Shown here: piece after piece, positions 1-8,853 of the stretch
Layout of the letters: the number at the start of each line of letters is the position of its first letter
Position numbering within the stretch: the first letter of the stretch is position 1
Source: Candidatus Aenigmatarchaeota archaeon
GTDB lineage: Archaea; Aenigmatarchaeota; Aenigmatarchaeia; Aenigmatarchaeales; Aenigmatarchaeaceae
Length of the DNA stretch: 37,007 bases
Reading direction: 5' to 3'
NCBI GenBank assembly: GCA_043814985.1
Contig: JBDRJK010000008.1
Location: 1 to 37,007, forward strand
The notes under the pieces: generated by a model
What the model was told of the DNA's origin: nothing
The model's input: the letters and a program-made list of their open reading frames with translations, nothing else
The model's database searches: none
Translations under genes and position numbers: made by a program

Positions 1-1985
1 GCACTCCCTCCGTTCTCATAGTAATCAATCCTCACGTTGTGGTAGCCTTCGTCAAGCGTAACAACGAACGTGTCAGTCTTGTAGCCCCTGTCCCTCCATG
101 CATTCAATACTGGTTCATCATCAATCCACACAATCACTCCGTCATCCGAGCCAACAGTGAAAGTGTAATCTCCATAAACAGGGAAGTATATCTTTCTTCC
201 GGAAGTGAAACCGATCTGGTCGGAATAGCCTGACATGAAGCCTGGACCGCTTACAAGCTCTCCAAGACCCCAGTCGTTATTGAACTCTAAGCTCGTCTCC
301 TCTGGGCTGTCAGCAATCTTCTCAGTCATCTCCATGTTGCACCAAGTCCTGTCCCACATGTGCGTCGGGTAGTTCGGTTGTGTCGGGCATGTCTCAGTCA
401 CTTGGCATTGTAATTCTGGAGATGTAATGCAGTCCCATTGGTTATTCTGGCAAACACACCAGTCAACTTGTGAATCATCAAGACAGGTGTATTTCCTTGT
501 ATTTCCATTGGTGCATTCCAATTCTATACATGTGCCGCCAGACTGACAAGTCTGATCAGAAGGACAACCACAATCCTGACAGTTATTGACCAAAGTACCG
601 CTACTACAATATTTTGGCTTGGTTGATGAGCATAAACCGTAAGCAGTTCCGTCTTCACATTCTAGTTGTCCGCATGGATAAAATTCACAATTATTGTTAG
701 GGTCTCTTCCAACCCAACTTCCATCTGGACATTGTTTTTCATCTGCTAGACATGCTGGAACCTTACATGTTTCATCGTCCTGGCACTCATAGCCTGATGG
801 ACAATAGCATTCAGAGCATCTGTCAACTAAAATACCGTCATCGCAGTATCTGGGCTTGTTAGATGAGCATTGGCCGTAAAGTGTATCATCCGAACATTTA
901 TCCTTTAATTCATAAGTGAAAGAAACCCTGGCAGTTAACCAGTCCTCATAATAATCAATTCTAACATTATGGTAACCCTCTATCATAGAAACATCAAAAC
1001 TGTCTGTATCATACGATCTAACTTCCCATCTGTCTAAATAACTCACCCCATCTATACTTACTTTCACTCCGTCGTCACTGCCTACAGTGAAAGTGTACAT
1101 GCCAGCAATCGGGAAGTAGATGCTCCTTCCTGACCTGAAGCCAACATAATCAAAATGTCCTGGTATCAGCTCATCAAATCCCCAATCATTGTCAAACTGG
1201 ATTGCTGACTTGGATGTCTCTGTTATCTTCTCTGTAAAATCCATATCACACCATACCCTGTTCCATTCGTCAGTTGGATAATCTGGGTCTGAAGGACACG
1301 GTTCTGTTATCTTGCATGTTCCATCGTCCTGGCACTCATAGCCTGATGGACAATAGCATTCAGAGCATCTGTCAACTAAAATACCGTCATCGCAGTATCT
1401 GGGTTTGTCAGAAGAGCATGAACCATAGGCAATCCCGTCTTCTGAACATGTTTCCGGTGTTACAGCACCTAGTTTGCAATCTCTCTCAACATCAACAAAA
1501 TAACTCTTTCCCGGTTCCAGAACTGTGGCTTCCACATAATCTCTTATGAAGGAATCATATTCCTTCAATGATTCAACAACAACGCAGTTTCCAGTTACAT
1601 AAGAAAACTCAACAGGTTCAGACAAAGCTGCTATTTGATTGGTTCCTGCTTTCAATCCAGGAAAATCATTTATGTCCAAAGCATCTCCTTCCAAGTTTAT
1701 GGTGCAGGGCGATGCCACCTTAACCCAATAACCTATTCCCGGTCCAACATCATTAGCCCTTTCGTATTGCTTACTTGTTGAACTGTAATACCAAAGGGGG
1801 CTTGTAAGGGAGCAGTATTTTGACAGCTCGTCCTTATCAATGACCTTGTTCACCGGCATTGAAAACATGTTCCAGCCTTCCTGGAGCTGGATTGTTTGAG
1901 ATTCGGCCAATACTGATCCTACAATCATGAAGAATAAGAAAAATATTACTGATAAGATGAAAATTTTATTATTGATTTTATTCAT
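1..1985 (-). CDS. Large secreted/surface protein with two PA14 domains and Cys-rich repeats (3' end runs off the window)
   Basis: Absent from the ORF track because it has no stop in the window. Manual translation from ATG at 1985 is open to position 1. It shows a signal peptide (MNKINNKIFILSVIFFLFFMIVGSVLA), an LQEGWNMFSMP motif, two copies of YTFTVGSDDGV...GYHNVRIDYYE (PA14 signature), and repeated C-x-(D/E)-(D/G)...YG-x-CSS-x-KP-x-YC...C-x2-C-x-CP modules. Confidence 0.85.
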   Translation of the reverse strand, partial: MNKINNKIFILSVIFFLFFMIVGSVLAESQTIQLQEGWNMFSMPVNKVIDKDELSKYCSLTSPLWYYSSTSKQYERANDVGPGIGYWVKVASPCTINLEGDALDINDFPGLKAGTNQIAALSEPVEFSYVTGNCVVVESLKEYDSFIRDYVEATVLEPGKSYFVDVERDCKLGAVTPETCSEDGIAYGSCSSDKPRYCDDGILVDRCSECYCPSGYECQDDGTCKITEPCPSDPDYPTDEWNRVWCDMDFTEKITETSKSAIQFDNDWGFDELIPGHFDYVGFRSGRSIYFPIAGMYTFTVGSDDGVKVSIDGVSYLDRWEVRSYDTDSFDVSMIEGYHNVRIDYYEDWLTARVSFTYELKDKCSDDTLYGQCSSNKPRYCDDGILVDRCSECYCPSGYECQDDETCKVPACLADEKQCPDGSWVGRDPNNNCEFYPCGQLECEDGTAYGLCSSTKPKYCSSGTLVNNCQDCGCPSDQTCQSGGTCIELECTNGNTRKYTCLDDSQVDWCVCQNNQWDCITSPELQCQVTETCPTQPNYPTHMWDRTWCNMEMTEKIADSPEETSLEFNNDWGLGELVSGPGFMSGYSDQIGFTSGRKIYFPVYGDYTFTVGSDDGVIVWIDDEPVLNAWRDRGYKTDTFVVTLDEGYHNVRIDYYENGGS
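773..854. repeat. 82-bp perfect intragenic direct repeat, copy 1 (copy 2 at 1322-1403)
   Basis: catcgtcctggcactcatagcc...cgcagtatctggg is identical at both sites. The offset is 549 nt (in frame) and it encodes PRYCDDGILVDRCSECYCPSGYECQDD. Confidence 0.95.
1322..1403. repeat. 82-bp perfect intragenic direct repeat, copy 2
   Basis: Identical to 773-854. Confidence 0.95.
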
Positions 1986-2002
1986 ACAATATCACGGTGC
2001 CG

Positions 2003-2398
2003 CTAAGGGAGTGGTGGTGTTTGTTCTTTAAGAGGAGGCACGTTTTTGCACATGCAAACATCCCTGCACTGCTCCTCGTCGCTATTATAATAGCATTGGC
2101 ACATCATGTACAAGTTATCTTTTGCTTTCCCATCTTCTTCGGAACAATCCCCAATTCCAATGCCAGGATCCAGGATTCCGTCCATGTCAGCATCGAAATT
2201 GTCCATCTCAATCAGATTAACATCGCTGTCGCATTTCAAGAGAAGCTTTTTGCAATAATAAGTTCTTGCGCTTTCCAAACTCACTGTTTCACTAAAAGGG
2301 GACCATCCTGAGGAGTTCAGCGAAATCAGGCCGAACAAGACAATAACAGCTATTATAACCACTATTAAAACATTTATTGGAAGTTCAATACCCTTCAT
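2003..2398 (-). CDS. Class III signal peptide (pilin-like) protein, Cys-rich
   Basis: N-terminus MKG|IELPINVLIVVIIAVIVLFGL has a short basic leader, Gly cleavage site and hydrophobic helix, followed by a Cys-rich C-terminus. It lies directly upstream of the PA14 gene on the same strand. Confidence 0.7.
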   Translation of the reverse strand: MKGIELPINVLIVVIIAVIVLFGLISLNSSGWSPFSETVSLESARTYYCKKLLLKCDSDVNLIEMDNFDADMDGILDPGIGIGDCSEEDGKAKDNLYMMCQCYYNSDEEQCRDVCMCKNVPPLKEQTPPLP

Positions 2399-2489
2399 AT
2401 ATAAACTATTTTTATTGTTTGCCTATTAAAACTACACTTTCCCTTATTTTTTAGATAAGAATTTAACTTTAACCTTTGAATTGGTTAAC

Positions 2490-3167
2490 ATGAAGGTAGC
2501 ACTATTAGGACCGCCGGGTTCTTTTTCAGAAGAGGCTGCATTGGAATACTATGGACCAGATATTGAAATAGTCTATGCATCAGGTTTTGATGAAATGGTT
2601 AAGTTGGTCGATGAAAAAAAGGTAGATGGTTATTTCATTCCAACGGAGACTAGTCGTGGAGGAATGATAACGGAAGCAAGGGATGCCATTCTAAAAAGTG
2701 ATGCTAAGATTGTTGGAAAGTATGATTTTGAGCCGCAGTTCTATATGTTTGCCAAAGAAGATAATCCGAATCTAAAGTCAATTGGTTCCCATCCTCAAGG
2801 ACTTATTGCTTCCAGAGATTTTCTAGATAAAAATTACCCCCAACTAACACGCATAAAAACTTCAAGTACATCGGAAGCAGCGCGTCTGGCTTCAGAGGAT
2901 CCTACTCTTGCAGCAATTTCTAGTAAAAGAGCTGGTGAGATTTACAATCTTCAAGAATTGCACAAAATACCAATAATTAAATTTGAACCGAAGAAAGGAA
3001 GTATATGTGTGTATGCAGGCAATCCCAAATCGCTTCAGGAGATAATTCCCCCGAACGGCCGAGACTTAGGTGGAGGTCTTGAAAAATGTGGGGAAACTCT
3101 TGAAAAGTTGTTAGAGAAATATAGAAAAAATTCTCCGGAAGGAGTGGATTTTAAAATAATTCGTTAA
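2490..3167 (+). CDS. Prephenate dehydratase-like protein, divergent, no ACT domain
   Basis: Motifs VALLGPPGSFSEEAA, SHPQG, SSTSEAA and AAISS are typical of PDT. The canonical ENS and TRF motifs are not intact. Confidence 0.7.
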   Translation: MKVALLGPPGSFSEEAALEYYGPDIEIVYASGFDEMVKLVDEKKVDGYFIPTETSRGGMITEARDAILKSDAKIVGKYDFEPQFYMFAKEDNPNLKSIGSHPQGLIASRDFLDKNYPQLTRIKTSSTSEAARLASEDPTLAAISSKRAGEIYNLQELHKIPIIKFEPKKGSICVYAGNPKSLQEIIPPNGRDLGGGLEKCGETLEKLLEKYRKNSPEGVDFKIIR

Positions 3168-3171
3168 AAAT

Positions 3172-4272
3172 CTATTTCTCTAGAATTATTACACTCTCTC
3201 TCATCATTCCAACTTTTATTGTCCTAGCTCTTGTGCACCAGAAATTCCGGGCTACAAGAATGTTTTTCAATTTAAAGCCTATATTTTCTGCCAGCTCTGC
3301 TAGGACCAAATCGCATTCTATAACCTTGTCGGGGAAGCATCCACCGCCAATTACCATTGCTATCTTTGACTTTTCCCCACAGACCCTGTATAATTCTTTC
3401 AAGACTTTGTCCATGTCATTGAAATAGGACTTTGCAGACTGGGGAAAGTCAGGATACAAATCAAAGCTATCATCTCCAGTGCCTATGAAAGGCCTTTCCT
3501 TTCTTTGAATTCCCAGCAGCGTCTCCTCGATTTTGAAAATGTTTGAGTATTCTGATTTGTGAAGATATGGCGGAGAAGTTATAACAGCATCCACGGATTC
3601 GTCTCCCAGCTTCAAATTCCTGGCATCACCCTCCGTAACTCTTGTCTCTGTTGGGTTTAGATTTGATTTTTCCAAGTCTTTGTACATCTTCTTGATCTTG
3701 TACTTGAAGAACTTCTTCAAAGGAGGTGTGTTCCTTTTCTTTATTTTGACAACAGCCCCGTCCTTGAAAGCGTAACCAGAGCTCATCGTACAGTCTACCA
3801 AAGCCAATAAAAGAAAGTCTCGCATCTTCTCATTCTTAATCTCATTTATCTTATTTTGATAGAACACGAAATCCTCGAGAAGGTATTTTGAAAACATCCT
3901 TTTCACGAACTTTTCCTTGAATGTCTTTTCAGGCTTTTCAAACTTCCATTTTGAAGCCATGGAAACATGCTCTTTCAATTCTTTCAAGTCATAATCCCTT
4001 GTCTTCACCTTTGAAACAAAAACAAAGAACGGGGAAACATCAAACCCAACTGACTTGATTCCTCTTTGCTTGCAAGCCAACAGAGTTGTTCCAGTTCCAC
4101 AGAAAGGCTCGAGCACTACTGAGTTTTTTTCTAATGCGAACTTGTCAAGAAATATGTCAACCAACTGCTTTGAAAAACCCTCCTTGAAAAGGTACCAGTT
4201 GTGTATGGGCTCTTTCTTGTTCGGAATGAATGTAACCAGTTCTTCCAAATAATGTGCCTTAGAAAACTTCAT
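3172..4272 (-). CDS. Orphan DNA methyltransferase (N4-cytosine/N6-adenine type, SPPY)
   Basis: Motif I EPFCGTGTT, motif IV ITSPPY, and PIHNWYLFKEGFS near the N-terminus. The ATG at 4272 overlaps the fen1 stop (ATGA). Confidence 0.85.
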   Translation of the reverse strand: MKFSKAHYLEELVTFIPNKKEPIHNWYLFKEGFSKQLVDIFLDKFALEKNSVVLEPFCGTGTTLLACKQRGIKSVGFDVSPFFVFVSKVKTRDYDLKELKEHVSMASKWKFEKPEKTFKEKFVKRMFSKYLLEDFVFYQNKINEIKNEKMRDFLLLALVDCTMSSGYAFKDGAVVKIKKRNTPPLKKFFKYKIKKMYKDLEKSNLNPTETRVTEGDARNLKLGDESVDAVITSPPYLHKSEYSNIFKIEETLLGIQRKERPFIGTGDDSFDLYPDFPQSAKSYFNDMDKVLKELYRVCGEKSKIAMVIGGGCFPDKVIECDLVLAELAENIGFKLKNILVARNFWCTRARTIKVGMMRESVIILEK

Positions 4273-5279
4273 TTCAACCAACTTCCAAGCGACTTTTGCC
4301 TGTCCTCTGTCAGGCTCTTGACAACCTTCTCAATCCTGTCATGGGAGAAGTCATGCTCGTCCACCATGAACTTGAAAATCTTGTCAGGATTGACTTGCTT
4401 TGTTTCTATTTCAACATCATTGACAGGAGGATTGAGATAGAAATCATAAACCTTCTGAGCAGGAGTGTTGTAATCCCATTCAATCTTCTTCAGAACATTT
4501 TCCAGAGTCTTCTCCTTCTTGACCAAGCTAAGGGCTCTTTTAGGACCAATGCCCTTTATTCCAGGATTGTAATCGCTGCCAACTAGAATGCCAATTATTA
4601 CCAATTGCTTTCTGTTTATTCCAAGTTCTTTTAGAACGCTCTTCAACTCAATCAACTCAGGCTTTATCTCGACGTATATGTTCTGCCTGGGAAGCCTCTT
4701 CTTTCCTGTTATTGAAAGGTTCCTTATCAGTTTCGGTGTGTTGAACAATAGGCTGTCGCTGTCCTGGCTTGCAACAGAATATACCTGGCCTTTCTGGCAT
4801 AGATGAGCACACTGGGCTTCTCCTTCAGAAGGCGCCTGGACCCATTGAATTCCCATGTACTCCAGAAGTTTCTTCGATTCTTCTATCATCTCCCCTGTCA
4901 GTTTTGAGGACATCTGCGCATACTTCCTTGCCTCCTGCAGGTTTCCCAATGACAAAGCCTCCTGCCATTTCTTGTAGGACTCCTCCCTTATTTCCTTTCT
5001 CTCCTCAATTGTCATTGTCTTCAGGTCAGGCTTGTCGCCGTCAAACACCCAGACCAGATTAATATTGTTCTCCAACAGTTTTGCTGATCGATAGAAAAGA
5101 CCGCTCAGATGGCTTGTTATCCTTCCCTTAGAATCCTTCAGTGGAACTCCATCCCTCTGCCTGATTATGCTCAGGAACTGGTGCAACCACAAGAACGCAT
5201 CCACAGCTAATGTCTTTCCTGACAAATCCTTTAGCTCAATCTCATTCTTTGGCAGAATCTTTGAAATCTGAACTCCCAT
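4269..5279 (-). CDS. fen: Flap endonuclease 1
   Basis: MGVQI start, AVDA...QFLSIIRQRDG, EGEAQCA, SQDSD, GSDYNPGIKGIGPK, and a C-terminal PIP box QKSLGSWL. Confidence 0.97.
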   Translation of the reverse strand: MGVQISKILPKNEIELKDLSGKTLAVDAFLWLHQFLSIIRQRDGVPLKDSKGRITSHLSGLFYRSAKLLENNINLVWVFDGDKPDLKTMTIEERKEIREESYKKWQEALSLGNLQEARKYAQMSSKLTGEMIEESKKLLEYMGIQWVQAPSEGEAQCAHLCQKGQVYSVASQDSDSLLFNTPKLIRNLSITGKKRLPRQNIYVEIKPELIELKSVLKELGINRKQLVIIGILVGSDYNPGIKGIGPKRALSLVKKEKTLENVLKKIEWDYNTPAQKVYDFYLNPPVNDVEIETKQVNPDKIFKFMVDEHDFSHDRIEKVVKSLTEDRQKSLGSWLK

Positions 5280-5340
5280 AAGATAGAATTAGATTATAGA
5301 AGGTTATAAATTTTATATCCGAACAAATGAATAATCTATT

Positions 5341-5847
5341 ATGGTTTCCGAGAAAACAAAAAACATGATGCCCATATACATTGGTTTCTCAATCCAAATG
5401 ATAGGGGTAATAGCAATGTTCATTACCAAGAATTTTCCTCTTGGTCTAATCTCTTGCGCAGTAGGCATTTTCATAATGGTCATAGGGGCGTCGCGCAAAG
5501 TTGGAAATACAAATGTTTTCAGAAAATACTCCTACAAGAGGCCTGCATACTATACAGGCGATTATGCATTAAAGCTGTTTATTATTAGAAGCACTTTCAT
5601 TCTAATACCAATACTTCTCTTACTGGGAACAATCTCGCTACTCTTTTCATTAGGCATACTTACGCCCAGGGGAATATTGTTAATAGCCGGAATAAGGGAT
5701 AGTTCAAGTAACGGAGATACTGTCAATGAGCTTCTTAAACCAAGTTTCTCTACTCATTTCAACTACTTCACAGCATTGTTGTATTTTTCTGGAAGCGTGT
5801 TGCTAGCCATAATACGCGTTTGGTTGAGAAACAGGTGGAAGGTTTAG
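5341..5847 (+). CDS. Hypothetical membrane protein (about 4 TM helices)
   Basis: 168-aa ORF with four hydrophobic stretches, filling the gap between fen and the radical SAM gene. Confidence 0.6.
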   Translation: MVSEKTKNMMPIYIGFSIQMIGVIAMFITKNFPLGLISCAVGIFIMVIGASRKVGNTNVFRKYSYKRPAYYTGDYALKLFIIRSTFILIPILLLLGTISLLFSLGILTPRGILLIAGIRDSSSNGDTVNELLKPSFSTHFNYFTALLYFSGSVLLAIIRVWLRNRWKV

Positions 5848-7364
5848 TTGTCTCTCTTGTAGAAATCCTTCTCCAACTTCCTTCCAGTTCTCTTCTCCCA
5901 CTCTTCTATGGGTAAAGAAAACTCCTTCTGTATTTTATCTCTATACCACTGCGGGATAACATTGAAGGCGCAGAACGGGACTATTTTTCCATCAGGCTGA
6001 GCGTAGTGGATGCAGCACCTCTTTACCCTTTCAATGTCATAGTTGTACAGGTCCTGAAAGTGCATCATGCCGATGAAGAGGGACTTGTATTGCAGTTCTC
6101 TTAGTGAGCTGTAGTCCCCTGTTTTTAGAATATTATATAGTATGTTGGCGAGGTTCAAATCTTTTGGCTGCTTTTTCTCGTCAATAAAGCTATTTAGTTT
6201 TGACAGTATCTTCAAGCTCGTGTATACCTTGCCTGTGATTCCCTTGGCTTGCAATGACAGCTCGTCCAAAAATTTCAAAAAACCATCAACATCTAAAAAT
6301 CTTGTTATTGGAACTATCTTGTCCCCGTCCAAAAACATATAAGTGGCCATGCCGCAGGCAGGGTGGGCTGTTAATTCGAATCTGGGCCTGTTTGTCAATG
6401 CTTCAAGGAAGTGTGTTATTGGAGTAACGCTAGGAACTGGGTACCAGTCCTCCTTTCTAATATCTCCGTTTGTCTGCTCCTCTATTTTCTTGATGACATC
6501 AGGAATTGTTATCCTGAATTTTTTCCTGTCCGCCTTTGTTATCCTCCCCACTAATGAAACAGGCTGGAAGTTGATACCGCGCACAATGTCAATGTTCTTT
6601 ATCCCGAACCTAACAATATTTCCAACATCATGATCATTAACAGTGTTTATAACAGTAGGAACAAGGACAGCACCCATTTTAGCCTTCCTGAGATTCTCAA
6701 GTATCTTGTGCATCTCCCAATGGTTCTTGGGGTTTGTCTTTGCTGTTGTACCGTCATAGCTCAGGTACAGTGTGTTAACGCCCGCTTCCCTGACTTTCAT
6801 GGTGAACTCTGCGCTCCGTGATATATTGATTCCGTTAGTGTTAAGCTGGACATGCTTGTATCCCTCTTCCTTGGCTATCTTGATTATGTCGATTATATCT
6901 CTTCTGATGGTCGGCTCCCCGCCTGTTAATTGAACAGCACTTGCGCTAACAGGCTTTTCCTCTCTCATCTTCCTGAGCATCATCCTTATCTGTTCTAAGG
7001 ATGGCTCGTAAACATAACCCATTGCCTTGGCATAGAAAAAGCAGTAGAAGCATTGCAAATCGCATCGATTAGTGACAACTATGTTTCCTAATGCCGTGTG
7101 GGACTTGTGCATCTCACACAAACCGCAGTTCTGGGGACAGGGATTCTTCAATTCAACATTGGGATTCTCTATACCTTTTCCGTCATGGGCAAATTTCATA
7201 GCTTTCTGATACATCTCATAGTCCCCCCAGTAGACATCCTCGAATTTGCCGTGCTCTGGGCATTCCTTACTTATCAAGACCTTGTTGTCCCTTTCAAAAA
7301 TCTCTGCTGGAAGAATTTTCAGGCACTCTGGACAGAGCGATTGAGTATCCCTTATTTTGTTCAT
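5844..7364 (-). CDS. tes: Radical SAM enzyme, tetraether lipid synthase (Tes/GDGT-MAS, MJ0619-like)
   Basis: N-terminal TQSLCPEC...CPEHG metal site, CPQNCGLC auxiliary cluster motif, radical SAM CDLQCFYC, HPACG, and C-terminal CCIHY...PFC. About 506 aa. Confidence 0.8.
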   Translation of the reverse strand: MNKIRDTQSLCPECLKILPAEIFERDNKVLISKECPEHGKFEDVYWGDYEMYQKAMKFAHDGKGIENPNVELKNPCPQNCGLCEMHKSHTALGNIVVTNRCDLQCFYCFFYAKAMGYVYEPSLEQIRMMLRKMREEKPVSASAVQLTGGEPTIRRDIIDIIKIAKEEGYKHVQLNTNGINISRSAEFTMKVREAGVNTLYLSYDGTTAKTNPKNHWEMHKILENLRKAKMGAVLVPTVINTVNDHDVGNIVRFGIKNIDIVRGINFQPVSLVGRITKADRKKFRITIPDVIKKIEEQTNGDIRKEDWYPVPSVTPITHFLEALTNRPRFELTAHPACGMATYMFLDGDKIVPITRFLDVDGFLKFLDELSLQAKGITGKVYTSLKILSKLNSFIDEKKQPKDLNLANILYNILKTGDYSSLRELQYKSLFIGMMHFQDLYNYDIERVKRCCIHYAQPDGKIVPFCAFNVIPQWYRDKIQKEFSLPIEEWEKRTGRKLEKDFYKRDN

Positions 7365-7462
7365 ATAACCAGACTTCAAAAAAGTTATAAAAGTTTATAT
7401 GTTTAGAAATTTATAAACTTGATAATTAAACCTTTTAATAAAACTAAAGATATGGTGATTAA

Positions 7463-7594
7463 ATGAAAATTGGTATTTGTAGTTGTTGTAAATCAATCGC
7501 AACACAGAGCTGCCCTGTTTGTGGGGCTGTTGTGTGCATAAAATGCAGAACAGCTGCTGGCTGTAAATTATGCGAAGGTAAAAAGAAAGTTTAG
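7463..7594 (+). CDS. Small zinc-finger protein (43 aa, four CxxC pairs)
   Basis: Below the ORF-track cut-off: MKIGICSCCKSIATQSCPVCGAVVCIKCRTAAGCKLCEGKKKV*. A GGTGA Shine-Dalgarno-like motif lies upstream. Confidence 0.75.
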   Translation: MKIGICSCCKSIATQSCPVCGAVVCIKCRTAAGCKLCEGKKKV

Positions 7595-7644
7595 TCTCAT
7601 CTCATTTCTGATCGACTTCTAAATTTCAAATCAAGTTTATCAAA

Positions 7645-7878
7645 TTAGATTGATTTCAAAGCTTCTACTAATTGATTCTTTATTTCTTCATCAGCTGGGA
7701 AACCCAAGGCGTTCTTGAATCTTTTCTGACCCATAGGTGTGATGAATCCCTTAGAAATTGAAATGAATTCGTTCTCACTCTCTGGTGTCTTTGCTATTTT
7801 TCTAGCTACTTCCAAAAACTTGTTGTTTCCGAACTTGACTTCTTTTGTTTCTTTTGTTATGAATTCTACCATGTCCAT
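7645..7878 (-). CDS. Small conserved archaeal protein, possibly PC4/PUR-like nucleic-acid binding fold
   Basis: Beta-strand-rich pattern (KFLEVARK...EFISISKGF...KRFK) followed by a C-terminal helix, with a GGAGG RBS upstream. The fold call is inference. Confidence 0.6.
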   Translation of the reverse strand: MDMVEFITKETKEVKFGNNKFLEVARKIAKTPESENEFISISKGFITPMGQKRFKNALGFPADEEIKNQLVEALKSI

Positions 7879-7961
7879 ACCTCCCTATTTTGTAAAAGTT
7901 GAATATCTTTCAAACTATTTAAACATTAAGTGTGAAGATTTAAATAACTACCTTAGAGTGA

Positions 7962-8213
7962 TTAAATAATAGATGAAGACTCTATCTCAACGTCTGCTAT
8001 CCCTTCTATCTTTGCGATATCATCCTTTAATTGATCCACACCCTTGTCAGGAATGACCACAAGGATTTTTAGAGCCTTTAACCCAAAGGCTATTGCCTCA
8101 ATTTTCGAGTCCTTGATCTCAATCCTCTTGGAGATTTCTGCCTTTACCTTCTCCATGTCTGTCTCGACAGACTCTGGCATTATCTTCATTGTAACTCCAA
8201 CATCACCCATCAT
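7962..8213 (-). CDS. ef1b: Archaeal translation elongation factor 1-beta
   Basis: MGDVGVTMKIMPES...EAIAFGLKAL motifs; 83 aa. Confidence 0.93.
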   Translation of the reverse strand: MMGDVGVTMKIMPESVETDMEKVKAEISKRIEIKDSKIEAIAFGLKALKILVVIPDKGVDQLKDDIAKIEGIADVEIESSSII

Positions 8214-8374
8214 GGACCCTCAAAATTACATATAGAACATGTGTAGGGGTTTGACAACTTCCTGCACTTGTTGCACCTGATTATGACCCCTTCTCCGCAT
8301 GCAGGGCATGAGAACTTGGTAAAACCTTCCTGTCCAATAACGCTTTCCCCGCAGCTTGAGCATATTAGTTTCAT
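8210..8374 (-). CDS. Zn-ribbon RNA-binding protein (DUF1610/HVO_2753 family)
   Basis: Manual translation gives MKLICSSCGESVIGQEGFTKFSCPACGEGVIIRCNKCRKLSNPYTCSICNFEGP*. It sits in the family's conserved position overlapping the ef1b start. Confidence 0.9.
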   Translation of the reverse strand: MKLICSSCGESVIGQEGFTKFSCPACGEGVIIRCNKCRKLSNPYTCSICNFEGP

Positions 8375-8436
8375 TTTAATCAGTTATAGATTAAATATAT
8401 TTAAAGGTATTACATTTTTGTTAGAAAAATCTAAAT

Positions 8437-8730
8437 TCAGTGCTTCAATGACTTTGCCAGGGTCTTTCTGAGGGCAACTCCCTTCAAGTAACCTTTGGAG
8501 AACTCTTCCTTTATCTTTGCGACATTGTCTGCCATATAGTGCTCTTCCATGACGTTCCTGAGCCAGGCCTCAAAATCGTTCTTGCCGTCCCTGAAATGGA
8601 ACTTTATGGACTTCATGGGAGCCTTTCTAAAGCCTTTTCTCAATTCTTCAACACTGTGTGCCACAAAATCTGCTGGTCCCTCTTCTGTAGAGAACCTGAA
8701 AGCATTTTCGTCTGAAACAACCCTTGTCAT
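8437..8730 (-). CDS. DUF5752-like small protein (associated with glycogen/GH57 loci)
   Basis: AFRF...AHSVEEL...SIKFHF...NDFEAWL pattern; divergent from the GT4-GH57-GT3 operon. Confidence 0.65.
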   Translation of the reverse strand: MTRVVSDENAFRFSTEEGPADFVAHSVEELRKGFRKAPMKSIKFHFRDGKNDFEAWLRNVMEEHYMADNVAKIKEEFSKGYLKGVALRKTLAKSLKH

Positions 8731-8799
8731 TGAATCACTCTTTATATATTTCTTTTATCAATCTTTAATATAAGCTTTACCCATATATTAATGTTTTAA

Positions 8800-8839
8800 A
8801 AATTAGGCGAATTCATCTGAAATTCGGCGAATTTTAGAT
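8800..8839. promoter_or_regulatory. Tandem/palindromic motif upstream of the glycogen operon
   Basis: aaatt(a/c)ggcgaatt occurs at 8800-8813 and 8820-8833. The second copy is a perfect inverted repeat (aaattcg-g-cgaattt), extendable to an 11-bp stem at 8815-8839. Confidence 0.45.
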
Positions 8840-8853
8840 AAAAGGATGGTTTG

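Noticed and set aside
773..1403. 82-bp repeats as CRISPR or DGR template/variable repeats
   Set aside because: There are only two copies, in frame within one CDS, with no adenine-specific mismatches and no cas or reverse transcriptase gene in the window.
39..2311. Plus-strand ORFs 39-233, 1274-1549 and 1997-2311
   Set aside because: These are antisense shadows of the PA14 surface protein and pilin-like genes. Most other short ORFs nested in long genes were rejected for the same reason.
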